Assembly (NCBI RefSeq): GCF_011386835.1
Contig: NC_088795.1
Span: 133,858,001-133,922,000, forward strand
Origin: Chrysemys picta bellii
Lineage: Eukaryota
DNA: 64,000 nucleotides
Reading direction: 5' to 3'
Part shown: positions 63,311 through 64,000 of the stretch, piece by piece
Layout: every line of letters starts with the position of its first letter
Numbering within the stretch: the stretch's first letter is position 1
Notes under the pieces: generated by a model
Told to the model about the DNA's origin: nothing
The model's database searches: none
The model's input: only the letters and a program-made list of their open reading frames with translations
Position numbers and translations under genes: made by a program

Positions 63311-64000
63311 AAGCTTTCGAGCCATGCAGGTATGTTTACACAGCAAAGAAAGATCCGTGGCTGGCCTATGCCAACCAACTCGGGCTTGCAGGGCTTGGCT
63401 GTGGGGCTGTTTCATTGTGGTATAGACTTCTGGGCTTGGGCTGGAGCCCAAGCCCTGGGAATCTCCCTCCCTACAATGAAAACAGCCTCAGAGCCCGAGA
63501 CCCGCGAGCCTGAGTCAACTGGCACGGGCCAGCCACAGATTTTTCTTTGCTGTGTAGATATACCCACAGAGTTCTTCTTCAGGTCTGGGAAAGGAACTCC
63601 CAGAGCCACAGCAAAATGCGAAGTGGAACAGATTGTTTGGCATAAGTAGTTAGCACATATTGTAAGGGGCCATTCAAGGCAGAGTGCCCCATTATCACCT
63701 GTGCAGTCATAGGAGAAAAAGATGGGGTTACTGGGTTACAGATTGTTGTAACAAACCATAAATCCAGTGTTTCTGTTCAGTCCATGATTTTTGATGTCTA
63801 GCAGAGCAATGAATTTAAGCTCCCAGGTTTGTCTTTTGAAAGTGTTGTGGAGGTTTCCTTTGAGGATGAGGATTGATAGGTCAGATATAGAGTGATCGCT
63901 TTATGAAAAGTCTTCTGCCGCGGGGGATATGGTCTTTTTTATCTTTAATCGTTTTCCTTTTGTGAGTTAACTTCAGAGCATAGTGATTGTTTGGTTTCAC
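63311..64000 (-). mobile_element. Penelope-like retroelement 3' part (GIY-YIG plus pLTR), interrupted by a Harbinger MITE and cut by the window end
   Basis: Minus strand reads ETKQSL...DHSISDLSILILKGNLHNTFKRQTWELKFIALLDIKNHGLNRNTGFMVCYNNL* (stop 63736-63738). The pLTR follows with agacCTGAAGAagaactctgtg[MITE]catggctcGAAAgctt. Confidence 0.85.
63329..63565. mobile_element. PIF/Harbinger MITE, 237 bp
   Basis: TIRs ggtatgtttacacagcaaagaaa / tttctttgctgtgtagatataccc, with a probable 3-bp TSD gca/aca. Confidence 0.85.

Noticed and set aside
60578-64000. Preceding CTNNA2 exon (…ADMADVMRLLSHLKI-type peptide)
   Set aside because: I could not find it on the minus strand; it is presumably beyond the window end.

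Overview
This is vertebrate genomic DNA, almost certainly from a turtle: it carries three copies of the tortoise-type tRNA-derived PolIII/SINE, which shares its 3' end with CR1. The window lies inside the alpha-N-catenin gene CTNNA2 on the minus strand. Three coding exons are readable with canonical AG/GT sites: 60577-60458 (120 bp), 57510-57244 (267 bp) and 25869-25666 (204 bp), which are exons 5, 6 and 7 in the human numbering as I recall it. Everything else is intron, densely filled with transposable elements: CR1, L2 and RTE-like LINE fragments, SINEs (tortoise PolIII/SINE, MIR/CORE-like, probable AmnSINE1 and LF-SINE), solo LTRs, hAT, Harbinger and Tc1/mariner MITEs, Penelope-like elements with minimal hammerhead-ribozyme motifs, and a decayed Gmr1-like Gypsy element. 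I found no rRNA genes, true tRNA genes or CRISPR arrays, and nearly all ORFs in the supplied track are spurious or TE-derived. I see no clear new protein-coding system. The best leads are (i) the Penelope hammerhead motifs, especially a TSD-flanked palindromic copy at 45.6-45.8 kb, (ii) the Gmr1-like relic, (iii) a diverged ~105-bp direct repeat at 39.65/40.28 kb, one copy of which looks like a poison exon, and (iv) ancient, exaptation-prone SINEs in this neural gene. TE family names come from remembered consensus motifs, not database searches.
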